From Lingula anatina (Eukaryota; Animalia; Brachiopoda): 64,000 bases of DNA. The position numbers and the translations under genes were made by a program. The DNA is taken from positions 36,041,967-36,105,966 of the forward strand of contig CM120640.1 of NCBI GenBank assembly GCA_051362555.1, in the 5' to 3' direction. A model generated the notes under the pieces. It did not search any database. It was not told the DNA's origin and saw nothing but the letters and a program-made list of their open reading frames with translations. Below are positions 27,101 to 40,900 of this stretch, one piece after another. The stretch's first letter is position 1, and each line of letters starts with the position of its first letter.

Positions 27101-28215
27101 CAGGCACCAATCTATTCGATCTGTCATTGCCGAACATCTATCACACTAAACTAAATACGGCACCAAAAATCCGTAGTGACCGGGGCGCAAACATTTGCCA
27201 GACTAAACTTGCTGTTTCCCTAAAACGCCAATCACAGCGTTATCCTATTTTTTCATTTCGGGATCTAGGACCTTGAAATGCCTAAGGCACACAGTTACCA
27301 ATTTCGTGCAATACGCTGTTACGGTCCTAGACTATTTATTTGACATTTTCTTGCTAGAGTAAATCGTTCAGGGCTCTTCCTCACAAGATCCGGGCCTGAG
27401 GGTCCTTGACGCTGAATCTAACACAACCTTGTGCTCTCCCAGCTGGAGTTGAGCAAGATCGTTCAGATCACTGGAAACTACACGATAGAAGCGTGTTTTA
27501 ATTTTACTGTTACGCGAGCCCTACTCTTGTTTCCGATTCACGCTCCCATTTCACGGTGGTCGACTCGAAAAAGATGCGAACACTGAGTATCAAATGTCTC
27601 GCTTTCAGCCAGATAAAAACGCGAACCACGCACTTTCTAGTGGATTTTTTTCAAACCTTGATATTTGAAACCCATTTGTTAATGATATCTAAGCTCGATC
27701 CGATTGAACGAGTATAGTTTTCCGTGTTTTGTCAGCACCCTTTCTGTAATTGTTGCTCGCCTGGTCGGTTACGAAGAAGCTACACCGTCCCGGCGTACAA
27801 AGCTTTCTTGTTATCGGGCATGCCGCTTTGCACAAAATGTTGTTCCACGCAACAAACCGCGGAATGGTAAAGCGGAGAAACCTCGAATAAGCGGAAACTG
27901 ATTCACATCTCTCAGGTACATGGTCTAAAAAGAAAAGAGCATGCGGTCCATGTCCTAACAACACTTGCTCTAAGGGGATTCTCAACTCGCAGACAAAACG
28001 ATTCACCCCTTTATTATTAACTCAGTGCGGTAACTGAGTTGCTACGCTCAGTATCTGTCAAAAGGAAATTGACGTCCTTACACAGTGACTGTGACGGACT
28101 AATCGTTGAGGACCTGGCCCGATTCAAGCCCTGTATCAACAGCTGGGACGGAGATACAAAGCTCACAGCTATTGAATACTTTCAGTCAGCGTGCAATTCT
28201 CGATGCGTTAACAAC

Positions 28216-28691
28216 GAGAGAGAGCGCTTAGCATGTGAGGGAGAGAGAGCGCGAGAGAGATAGACAGAGGGATAGGAGAGGAGACGCAGTGAAATATTAG
28301 TTTATTCCAAAGCGTGGGTGCGCAGAAGTTTTATGAAATATTGACGGAATTGTCACAAAACCGATAAACAGATAAACATCGCGTGGTGGTCATTGGTCAT
28401 TTGAAGAGGTTGCAAAGTCTTGTGGAAATAACAGAAAAGAGGTGGATATAGTTCGCTACGCGATAAAGGTCGGCTTCAGCCCTGATACATCGCAAAAGTA
28501 GCGATAGGAGTGGGATACACATACAACTAGGCAGGAGACCTCATTTGCAGGACTTGAGAACAACGGGTAAGGATAAAAAAGATTTTTTTTCAAATATCGT
28601 GTCAACCCCCACAGCAGTTCAGTAAGTAAACGGATCATTTAACCACCTTTCTTTCAGATCTGTGTGCCTTGTAAATGCTCGATTTAGTCAG
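28216..28691 (+). promoter_or_regulatory. GA-rich tract and candidate non-coding 5' exon(s) of the LRR-protease gene (micro-exon about 28659-28691)
   Basis: GAGA repeats at 28216-28283; tttctttcag acceptor and cag|gtatgt donor about 33 nt apart. The first coding exon has an acceptor (tttccag, 30401-30407) upstream of its ATG, so upstream UTR exons probably exist. Confidence 0.3.
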
Positions 28692-30423
28692 GTATGTCGA
28701 GTTTAAATATTGAAATTAAATTCCAATGGGACTCTGAAGGGTATCATTGTTGAGGAAAACTATCGATTCGGGATAGTGAAAACAACCTTGTTTTCGTTTT
28801 GATTTTTGTACCTGGGTAAACATAGAAAGGACCTAACCCTCCGGAGGCGAAAGAATGATCCGACCTCGAGGGATCGGGACCTGCATAACTCGGTTTGTTT
28901 TTGGCATCTTTTCTCTGCTGCCTCGGTGTACAAAGTAAGAAAAGGTGATCAAGGTGAAATATGGGTGAAGTTGATGAGTGTTGGATAATGGGAGGCCGAA
29001 AGGCAGAGCTATAAGTGTTATAATAGAGTAACATGTAGATTGTGTTTTAAACATGATAACTCTCTCTCTCTCTCTCTCTCTCCCTCTCTTTCTCTCTTAT
29101 TCTGCCCTCATGTCCCACACGCTCACTTACATAACCACACTTTTTTAACACAACCGTCCTTGAAATAACTCGTATAACAGTAGTTAGCGTGCTTTCCCAT
29201 GTCCAGTTCCTCGGTTTGAAGTGACCGGCAAAATACGGTACAATTAACCAATTTTAATCAACTTTGCCAACGCCAAGTTTTATCTCGCCCCTCAATTACC
29301 ACCGAAATTTGTTGTTTGTAATGAGTTCCCCGACAGGCCGTAGCCATCAAGTATACTTCAGTCATCAATCAACGTCCAGTGCCGTTACCATCGTTAGTAA
29401 ACTCCGCACTCGAGGGCTGCTTGAGTAATGGTATTTTTTATCTATATTTTCAACACCTCCGTCCCCCCTCTTCTCTAAGGCTTGATAAATGCTCAGTAGC
29501 AGAGGTGAGTGACCATTGTGAGTGACCACAAAGTTTGAGTGACATGTACAACGACCAGGCTTTGCTGGCTAGATTAAGAAATCAAACTGAACAAGAGGGC
29601 GACTCTGGTCGTCGTTGAAGAGACACTGAATGGTGGGAATATAGATATTTTTACCGATGGCTGTTTTGGTCAATATCGTTCAAAGGCTAGTTGTAAGTAA
29701 ATGAATCGCTCAGTGAAAAGCTTCGTCTGAGAAGAAGCGCAAATGCGTGTCATATCACAGAACGTAATTTGTGGTGAAAAAATTGCATTCAATCTACGGT
29801 AGAGTTGCATCTATAGAAAAAAAAAGATAACTACTCCTTTATTATATTTGAGTGTTCACGCTCGGGTGCGTGCCTGTGTGCCCGTGGGTCGCCAGGGGTC
29901 TCTTCTACATGAAACTGAAACTGTGATGTTTATGCAATGTTTGGTCTACCAGACGGCGGTCGTGCACAACGCGTCGAGGGGAAACTCTCCAACATTGTTC
30001 TTTTTTTCTACGCTCCCTGGTCTGTAAACAGAAGTGGCGTAAGGTGATACTCTATTATTTAGTTGGAACAGAAATGCAGTATCTTTTTATTGTTGGTATT
30101 TTATCAAACTTCCAACTCAAGCTGTGATTCTCTATCAGATCCTGTGTTCCTTGCACTCAGTTTACTAGCCAAGGGAACTTAGCAGCAGACTTCATCACCA
30201 AAACTCAGTGCCCCCTAGCCTGGGATCTTTAAGCACTGGTCTTGCTATTTCAAAGAAATTTTCTACTCCAACAGGAGTGAGTATATAGTAATAGGCCTAG
30301 CTTAGAATTGTTTATATGCCAGGCGGACGTTTGATTCGAAGCGCTCTCTTCGGCTCTGTATCGGGTCATCACTCTGCTTTTACTCAAACGAAAATTTTCT
30401 TTTCCAGTCGCGCCAGTGTGACG

Positions 30424-33400
30424 ATGGCCTGGAATAAAGCTGCTTTGGTCCTGCTTTCTCTCATCTTGTGTTCCGAGGGCCAGGTACACCGGTATGGCCT
30501 ATCTTCATACCACTACAACCGGCGCCCGGCCCAAACCCCCTGCCCGTACCAGTGTATCTGTGCGCCCATGGGCTCGGACCCGCCTAGATCCAAGAACCTG
30601 AACGTGATGCTCACGATGCACAGGTACCAGAGGTTGATTTACGGATACGGCGGCATGAAATTCCAGGAAAATTCCCCGGAAAATAATGGCCGAGAAATGA
30701 CCTGTCTGGGACTCAGCAGCGTGCCCAGTTACATACCAGGAGGTAGGTGAAAACGATCCTATTCACATATGAAGAAGTATACATATATAAATCTATATAT
30801 GCAAGACGTTGTTGTTGTTGCAGTTATTGTGTGTAGTGTTATTGTTAAAGGCGCAACAATATGACATGAGCTGAAAGCTCTTTTATGTTGTGACTTATTT
30901 GTTTGTGGTTGGTCATGCTTTTAGATACAGCACGTTTGGTCTCTAATTTATAAGCAAGTGGCCTTGCTATGCGAAATTGCCTGAGATTTCCATCACATCC
31001 ATCGTTCCTACAAATGATAATGTACAATTTAAACCGCAAAGTGGGCATCTGCCTTAACAACGCCTATCAAACTTCATAAACAACCCAGAGTTATCATATT
31101 GCCGGCTATAAATCTGCGCCCAGAGCAGCTGCGAGAGTTTTTTGAAATTATCAAAAAATGAGTACCAATTTAACTTGCAATTTACGCGTTTTAGATTGTT
31201 GGGAGGAGACTCGTTAAGCCATGTTGCCTTTGATGCTCCAGTACAGAAAATCATTATTTTTTCAATGCATGTCGCCTGGTGCAGCACGGTGGCCGTATTT
31301 CTTTTTTAGAATAACATTTTGTTGGTTTAATGTCACGGTACAGGCTTGCAAACGCGAACGTTTAGAAAATGTCGCATTATTTAAGAGAGTAAAAAATAGA
31401 ACACATTATCTGATCTTGTTGATTTTTTCCGGTAGTATTTCCGTCCAACAACAATAAGGCGTTTCCTTAGCCTGACCCGAGAAAGATTTCTTTTGGTGGC
31501 TGTCCCCAAATTTCCAGTAATAGGTTTTGTTTTGTGTCAATAACTCAAGTGTTGGGTGTCTCATTGATGGAGGCAGTGCTGTGTCAACAACAGCCCTGCT
31601 TTAAATAATGTTCTCATAGCCTTCCCTGAACCAAGTCAAGAGATCTTACAGATGGCATAAGTGCGTGTAAATATCCAAGTAAATCTTAAGTTAAAGTTAA
31701 ATATGTTTGTTTATTGAGGTATATACTTATACAGCACCAACACGGTGTAATTAACCGGTGTTGTATGGATATTTGTTACTAACAATAACGCAAACCATTG
31801 TTCATTTAGCAAACTTAGTTGGGCTGTTTAACTCTGTGCGTAAATAACAGGGCAAGGAGGGGCGTCAGTTGGGGCGGCACTAACTTATTCTCCCACCGTG
31901 CCCTTTATGTGTTTTACAGGCGAAATTCGCAATAAAAGCGCAGACTTTCAAACATGTTGAATGGAAATAAGTACAATATTTTAGTACAATATTTATTTTT
32001 TTGTAAACATATAAACTTATATTGTTTTCCAATCTATTCAACAAAATGGCCAGAAATAAGTCGAAAGGGGGCAAATTCCGGTCGGAGGAAATCGGTAAGA
32101 GCCTAAGAGGGATTCGCTTATAATTTTTGTCTTCAAATGAACTTCTGACCGCTTTAGAGCGGCTTACCAATAAACTAGCGAATCTGTTTAAACCTGAGTT
32201 TCTTTCAATATTTGTGATAAAGATGGAAATCTTGCTTCGGGCTTCGAGTATTCTTAAGTCACCGACAGGACACTAAGTGGCTCAAAACCTGAATTTCACA
32301 GCGGCAAACATGCGGCTGATTTACCTGCCCTGAAGATGTAAGATTCTCGCGTTTCTCTACTTTTATTTTCCGTCAATAGTAAGACAGGCGTTTAAACTTT
32401 GCATGAAAAGGTGCGTGAAAAAGTCATTGATGGGCACTATTACCAGTCGTGCCCCTGCCTTTGACGAGGGTTGAGAAAGGTTAAGTCCATTACGCCGCGT
32501 GAAATGAAGGGGAAAACGAGACGGAAGGTGTGGAGGCTTTCAGTTTTTTTGGACGTGCTACAACGCCCCTTGGCCCCTCACAGAATAGCACGGACTCCTG
32601 AAATGCGCCCTATTTCCACTGGGTTGCCTATCGTGGATCATGAAAGGTCTCGTGTGCCATACCTTGCCGTTGTTTTGCCATTGTATTGCACATTGTGTCA
32701 CGTTTCATTTTATTGCATTGTGAAGTGTCGTGTTTTATTTGGAGCTGAATGCGCGGTTTCTCGGGTTTAAGCGCTGTGGCTTCACTAAGCCATAGATGCG
32801 GTATAGGTTTATTCTAGTTCAGGTACAAAGTAGTAGAAAGATGTGTGTGTGTCATATATCAGGCTGTCAATCTTTAGTTGTGTGATCTGCCATAAATCGA
32901 GGCAATTTGCTTCTGTAACGATGAGTGATAGAACCCTTAACACCTATCACACATGTTAATAAAATCCGCCGCTTTACGCAACTCAAGATACTGTAAGTGT
33001 GCATTTGAGAATTTTCGACGATATGCTTTTAAATAACCTCTTGTGCAAGTTGAACCCTCGGGTAGCATATTGTTCTCCATATTAAATGCAATTCTCTCTT
33101 TACACCTGTAATACTGGCCTGTGTACTTTTGTTAGTGATTTAGACTGACCTTGAAATCAATTTATGTGTAGGTCAGATTAGACAGGCCTTTATTAGTTAA
33201 AACAAGGAGTTATAACTCCTTGGTTAAAAGCAGTGTAGCAATTAAGAGTTGTTTGGCAAGGTTTGGGAAAGGGAAATATCCGTCTTAAAGTGATTCGACG
33301 ATACTTAACATATTCTTCCCTCGTTGAAAAATTACCAACCAATTTGAACTGTAATGCAGATAATGATATAACGTTGACTAACACGAGCTGTGGACAACAC

Positions 33401-36400
33401 TGGTCGTACTCCTTCAAGTATCTCTCATAAAGATTTTGTCGTTACCTTTTAGAGGAAACTGTGGGTTTGCTGTAAGAACGAAATATACTCGTGGTAATGC
33501 TACATTTTGTCGGTTCCTCTGGGAAAGTTTGGGATCACCTTTGGCCCTTTGTTGCCCATTACTGGACAATTACCTGACACAGACGTGGTCACTCTGTAAT
33601 CCACACTATCTGGACAGTATCACGTTCTCTTAATGAGTCAATTGAGAGCGCCAAATTCAATATCTGTTGCATGCTTCTAATTGAAAATAACCCTTTGTGC
33701 TAAATTAAAACCATAAGGCATATTTAATATGGGGGCAGTGGTAAACTGACCGGTACTGGACGAATGTAGGGATCCTTTGTGAAAGCTATCGGCATGTTCA
33801 TCGTCCAGTGTCAGCACTGAAACAGCCTGATTGTTGTCAGATTGGGGGTGGTGTCGCAAGAAATCTCCCGAGCTCGCCCCCTTCGGCAGGAAATGAAAGC
33901 GCAGAACAAAAGAGTTGGGTGGCCGACCGATTCCGCAAGAATTTTGTAGCAATTTGAGAGTGATTATTATCTGTAGTTCAGGTCTTTTGACTTATTAATG
34001 GTATTGAGTTGGCCGCATTTCGCGCTGATGTATGTGACACGGAGGACTGGTTTTCAATTTATGCGACAAAACTCTTGAATTTATTTAAAGATATAATCGG
34101 GTTTTGTTAATAATGATAAATTGGCCTAAAGCTGGACATATTTGTAAATTGATATTTCTATTGTCGTTGTATGTTCAATTAACGCCACCCAACTGTCTGC
34201 AGTTGTCGTAACCCGTGCCTCCATTTAGCGGATGCTCTGGGTTTGGAGTGTCTGACTTTTAGGAATTGGGGTTTGTCGTTATCATCCAACTGGTATTTTA
34301 GTCCATTCTGTATCTGAGTGACTTTTTCTGGGTTTAGTTTTGTGGGCGGGAGCTGGGGGAGGGGGGGGGGGGGGGTAAACACGGCGCAAATGCTGGAAGT
34401 GAACTAAAGCTGAACAGTCTGAGGACAAAACATTAATTTTCTCTAGATCTATCATACATTATGAGCGTTGTGTGATATATGTATCGTTGCGCTTATTAAT
34501 CGCACGATTAGCGTAATTGATTGGATACAGCCTGGCGGCAGGTGTATGGTGACTGACCTCGTACTAGCCTGAAAGCTATTATATAGTATGGGAATATTCA
34601 TTACTACGTTCACACTAAAGCAGTCGTATAGGGATCGATCTATTTTGAAAATATTCTGATGGTAATTTCATGAAATCGTTACTAACCTTCACGTGTAAAT
34701 AAGTCACCATTATGGTATTTAAATGGAAGTTGGTTATTTTGAAATCGATCTTTTCTGAAAATATTCTGAAGATGTTTTGGCAAAATATTTGCAGTACAGT
34801 TTTGCGTAAATCACAATTTAATGGAGGGCGTGCAATCATCACTGGAAATTTTAGAAAGGCAACGGGAAACCAGGTGATGATCTTCGTGCAAACTTGTATA
34901 GAAACTGACATTTCTTTATGTATAGTACCCGTCTCATTATAGTCTGTAAATTACACATGATTATCTACTTCATTATGCTAGTAGCAGCTATATAATATGG
35001 TTCATGACAATGCAGCGTGCTATCAGGTACACTATATTACCGCACGGTGTCAGATTACAACACAAAAAGTGGGAAAGGGTCGCGTAAACGTTGAAACACG
35101 TTATAAGTCGTTTTTATTGCAGTTTTTCAGAAAATTAAACTATTTATATATTTTAGTATTACAAAGTTAAGACGTGCATGTACAATAAAAGTATTAAGTG
35201 TAACAAAAATGGACCCCAAATAAGGGTGACTGTGAGACATTTTAATTAATTATACAGGTACACTGTTACAGTTAAGGAATAAAAAAAAACATATGGATTC
35301 CCAGGGACACACATATTTCTTTATATCTAGGATCCAACCTAGTTTATATCCAGAATGTCAGCTGGCGAAATAAGTGAATCGTTCGTTAAACACTTAGCCT
35401 CTCGTACTGATGAACGAGTCTCGTCTGTTTTCTCGATATACTGCGTGTGTTGGATGTTCGTTACTAAACATTGATCGTCCAGTATGAGAGGACTGCCATT
35501 ACATCAATTATCTTTCCCCACCTGTCCGTTTCATTAATAGAGCTGTGCACGTGGTATTTATATGCCCACTTAAAATACGTCCACAACGTATATATACATT
35601 ACAGAAATGAGAAAAAAAAAGTGTAAGTGAAATGACGGACGGCCAGTGATTTATGATTTTTGCAGTGTTTACAGCGATAATAAAGCGCTAGGACATCAGA
35701 TAAATGCTCTAAAAAGGTAAACAGGTGAGAATTTAAGGTAGCATTGAAGTTAACTCCAACCACAAAATCCCACAGTATTAAAGAATGTGAGATAGCCAGA
35801 GACAAAGATGTGAAAATCTAGTGAAAAACCAATATATGGCCCGGGACCTATCAGAGGGTATATTTCCACCAAAACGGACGCCTTAATCAAAGATAGGCGC
35901 CCTGCGCTTAGGTCTTAAAGAATTGAAGAAAATGTAAAGAAGAAAGTTACTTTTATAAGTCTCAAATGTGATAATGCTTTGTAGGAACACAATCAGCTGT
36001 AGGATAATCTTAGAAAAACACAGTCGCTCAATTACGACGCGGTAGGCCGAGGATTTTTCGTGTCCCATTAGGTAATCATGGCATCCCAACCAACCTACGT
36101 TTGGAGGTAAAAGTAACGTTGGTTTTGTTGCCCAGGTAGTTCTTAGTGTTCTTTCGACGCTTACCTGAATCCAGACTCGGATATATTTCTTAATAAAATC
36201 CAGCTTGAAAAAACATATCAACAACAGGGAAAGAAATTCGCCGAGTGCTTCTAGTGCATTATCTGCATTACTGAAAAGCGTTCGTTAGCGTTTCGGTAGC
36301 AGTTAACACCTCTTCAAACACTTTCAGCAGAAGGTCACGATCTCACGTTGTATCAATTAGCCTGGCAGGTTAAAGAGAGTGGTTTGTTTTATAGATTTGG

Positions 36401-37891
36401 TCAATTTCACTCCTGCTATGGATGTTGAGCTATCTCAAAGATATCCTCTTTTAAAAACATCGCGTGAAACTGGAGATCTAACGGTCTGGTCTCAGTACAC
36501 TTATATCGAAACACCAGTGGGTCCCAATTACGTGCTTCCGCCAGGAGCACGATGGTGAAACCTGAACAGTTCAGGGGAATCGGGCGAAACAATGGACACA
36601 TAATCATATTCAGGTAGAAGGGGTGGAGCCCACGTGGACGGTTCTGGCACCGACTGCGCTATGTTTTTGTAAAATGGTTATTTTTTCGGACCGAATTCTT
36701 TCTGTACTCGCGGTTCAATTGATGTATTGTTCACATATTTGGGCACATGGGAAGGTGGCCTTCTTGTGACGGGGATTATAATTCATATATTTGCCCAAGC
36801 AAGAAAGTTATGCTTTAAGATGGAAGAGAACTATTTTTAATGATTTTGGTTGCCACTTTGACATTTACTTAACAAAGCAATGAAAATTGACATAGTAAAC
36901 TATCACGGGCCGTCAGATGTTAGTTCAGGTAATGAAACACCGATTGGCAGACGACACATGTCATGTTATTCTTTTCCCACCAAACAAGGAACATTTACTC
37001 TTTATGCCTAAGTTAACACTGATTGCAGCAATGTCACTTGCACAGTTCAACGAATTTGCTACATTTTACCCCTATCGAAATTGACGCCCTACTTCTATTT
37101 AATTGCAATGCTTCACTGCTTTTAGAAGTTATTTCTCTGAAACCCGACCCCGAACTTGGCTTAACAGACACACAGTTCACTAGATCTATAAAGATTTTGT
37201 ATTGTAAAAGTTATAATATTTTGAATAAATGTCTTGAAACGTCTAAATCTCTTTTATTCGACCTGACAGCACTTTTTCCTTTCACGATTGCAACACTGCT
37301 CACTCACTTTGAAGACTTAAGTCATCATGTTTCCTTCACGATATAATGGAATTGCCCGTATTCTACTTATATAGGTTCATTTACCCCTTTCTTTTTTGTT
37401 TATGGGAGAAGTATAAGTTTATAAAAAAATAAACCTAGGTTAACATTTTTAGCAGTTGCTGAAATTTTCATTTATATTCATTATGATCCATATAAGTCAA
37501 TTTAACTCAAATATCTATTTGCGAGGCGAGCTTTGTTGGTCAATAAAGAAGTCTTGGCAACGAACATGTTGATAGTTACGTTGTAGATAAAAGTGACGTT
37601 TGCGAAATATCAAAATGATTCGTGACAAAATTATTCGGGAAAGATGTAAAAATTATATAGGTGTAAAAATCACATGAATTGAATCGAATTTTGAAATTTG
37701 CCATTTTTGGACATTCCAATAACATCAATGTGAAGGTCGATTAGGAAATTACGAAAATATGCTCATCATAAAATTACAATTCTACAAACGAAAAAATCTG
37801 GAAAGAGTATCTTTTTGTTCTTTTTGCATATTCCTTTCTTATTCGTTTGATTAAGTCGTGGAAGTAGTGAAGAGCGTACACGTGCTCAACA

Positions 37892-37935
<44 letters not shown>

Positions 37936-40900
37936 GAAGTGGAAATACCAACAAAAAGAAAACTGAAAAAAAAGTAAAGAAAATGGACACAACAGCCGAA
38001 GCGGTCACTGCCTATCCTGTTGTTGTGCCCTCTCCACAGGCGGCATTCTCTTATCTTTGAAGTGGGCATCGCTGTAGCATGCATCAAATTTCAACGTCTT
38101 TTTTGTAGAGATGAAATCTTTTGGGGGAAGAGATAGTGTCATCTTTCTTTAATTGACACTAAGTGTTTAGCTTGAGGGCATGACATACTTGTACGGATTA
38201 ACTCAAAAATCGAACTCTCTCGCTAAAAATGGGGGTGCACTGTTATTTGTTTGTTGAATCTTTTTACACTCAGATGTATTGTAGACGGAATTACATGGTG
38301 CGGTGCATCCCGTGCACTTAGACTGGTAGAGACACCATCCAAACTCTCATTTCCCCTCTAATTAGTGTCAGGCAACTTGAATTTTAAAAGCTTAATGCAA
38401 GAACCAAAGAATCATTTTCTTGACTATTTGGTCCATTTTTATGCTCGAATTGAGTTTTAGAACAGTTTCTTTATTCTGTGCAGAATTGGGTGGTCAGATG
38501 TGATATTTTAATATCGTCTGCCTGAAGATGAAGGGATTAAATGTTACAATGTAGCTATCAGATATTTGAGTGGAAATCCATACTAGTACAAGTGGTTTAG
38601 TTCGCTTTATACGTGTATTAGATCATTCATACCACAAAAAGAAAAAAAAAGAATCAACAACAAAAGGACGAAAACGTTTTGTAAGAACTGTGTCTGTAGC
38701 ATGTAATTTGTAATCAGACTTCTCTTAAATGTATATGTATAAGAGATCGTAAATTGAAAATGTCATGTAGATTTGTTACCAGTAGTGCATTATTTAACGA
38801 CTCCTCGTTACGAACTTAGGGACCATTCCCACAGATATTTGGATCGATCTATCTCCCTGGGGAGTCTCACTTAATTGCTATCAAACTAACTGGCTTAAAC
38901 GTCTGTCACGCCTAGTAAAGCTGTTAGGGGGTAATTATCTTTACCCCTAGCTGATTCAGTAGGCGTGACAGACATTTAAGCCGGCAAGTTGATAGCAATT
39001 TAGTGAGACTCCCCAGGGAGTTAGACCGATCCAGATGGATCGATCTAGGCATGGGAACCCAATCTTATTCTTTCGTTATATGTCAGTTTCATGAATCAAA
39101 TACGTAGGGAAATAAGCGAACGACACTTACGACCAAAGTTAGCTAACGATGTTTTCGTGAAACCAGCCCAAGGCACTTTTAAATGAAGCCACTCTGTTTT
39201 CACAGATCAATTGCCAGAAACTAGTTGAAAGCAAAACCATACTTATGTCCAAGGAAATTGCCAGTAAAACAAAAATAAAACGAAATCGATACTGTGCTTT
39301 AAAATCGACACCTTTGTGATGTTGGCATTAGAATTATTATTCTAAAAATATTTACGAAAGTTTATTTACTATTACACAAAAACTGTAGAACATAATGATT
39401 ACTGGGGTTACTTCTGTTCTTTAACACTCTGACTTACAAAGGTTCATGGAATGAAGGTAAATCAGTGTATACCACCAAGACTAGAGCGTGAGAAGATGAT
39501 ATTCCACGTACGTTGTAGAGAGACTCAAAATTTCCCTCAAAATTCTCACACACTGTAGAACAGAATGATTACTACTAGGGTAACTACTGTCACTTCAGGC
39601 TCTATCATACAGAGGTTCGTGAAATTAAGTAAAATCTGTTCATACAGACTGGACGGAAGCGTGAGACGATGATGTCCCACGTACGTTGTAGGAAGACTCC
39701 GTTTTCCCATCAAGATTCTCACGTACTGTGTCTCAACGACCACCAACACAGTCACAAGTTTTAACTGCTTCATTTCCAATTCATGGGTGTTTTTTCAACG
39801 TGAGGGTCTGACAGATAGGGTGGGGTTAAGATTTTGAATCATTAGCACCATAAATTTTAGTAGAAAAAAGGAAATAAGAAATAAAAACACTGTCAAGGGC
39901 GACAAAAAAATGCCACAGTGATGCATTACTGAGCACTTGTTAGCAAGTTGTGGTTTTGTAATATGAAATCACGAAAAGATCTTTTTCACGTGTGTTCTGC
40001 ATCGTGTTGAACCCCACCAGTTTCCCACTCCGAAGGGCATGGAACAACTATCTTGCCACTTCTGGCAGTCATTATGGCCGAATGTGGGGGTCAAATTTTC
40101 CATAACAATTTCGGACATAATCTCTGCGTTGTTTCTTACAAAAGAAACAAACACTGAGTAATGGGTTACTTCTCATCAAGTAATTGCCAAATGTCAAACG
40201 GTTCGTTAATCGGACCACCGGCCCACCTGTCATAGATGTAGTACTCTAGTCAGCGGAGAGACTTGTCGCCAAATTAAAAACGGAGTTTCAAGTGGTCACC
40301 TGTCGGAAAAGAACTAGCAGGTGTTGAAGTGGACAGCGTGCGTGTATTAAGATTCATGAAATGGTCTCTATCCGGATTGGACGTGTTCGACGAATACTCT
40401 GAAAATTGTGTCACTCGTTTCATACAGTTCTTAAACCTTTTTTTACCAGGAATCAAATAAATACCTCTAAAAATGCACCATATCAAAAAATTTATAACAC
40501 AAAATACACATTATTATCATTATTTAGTGCAAGCTAAGGACAACCTCGAAGAAGTGAACTTTTAGGATTTTTTGTATAAAAAAAAGGGAGAGGAGTGTCG
40601 TGCCAGACGTATTGCATTGTCAAATATTGTTCAAAGATATTTGCTCTTTCTGCACTACAGCTGTAGAAGAATGGCAATCCAAACTTTGATTCTATAAACG
40701 AACTTTGACGAATTGCTGTTTCTAAAACATAGTGTAACATTTGCAGCCCCAACTGTTTATTCACGTGCAGTAGAGTGCGTTTCAAAGTCTGACAGGTACA
40801 TATTGTGAAAAGAGTGCATTTTGATTCTTATTGCAACAGCCTAGTGGTTTAAAATCTTGTGTGTCTGCCAAAATGTATCTGTGTCACTTTCTTTTCTTTT

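Noticed and set aside
35395-35495. Hammerhead ribozyme (CTGATGA followed by a small stem)
   Set aside because: No GAAA after stem II. The region is more likely a degenerate short inverted repeat.
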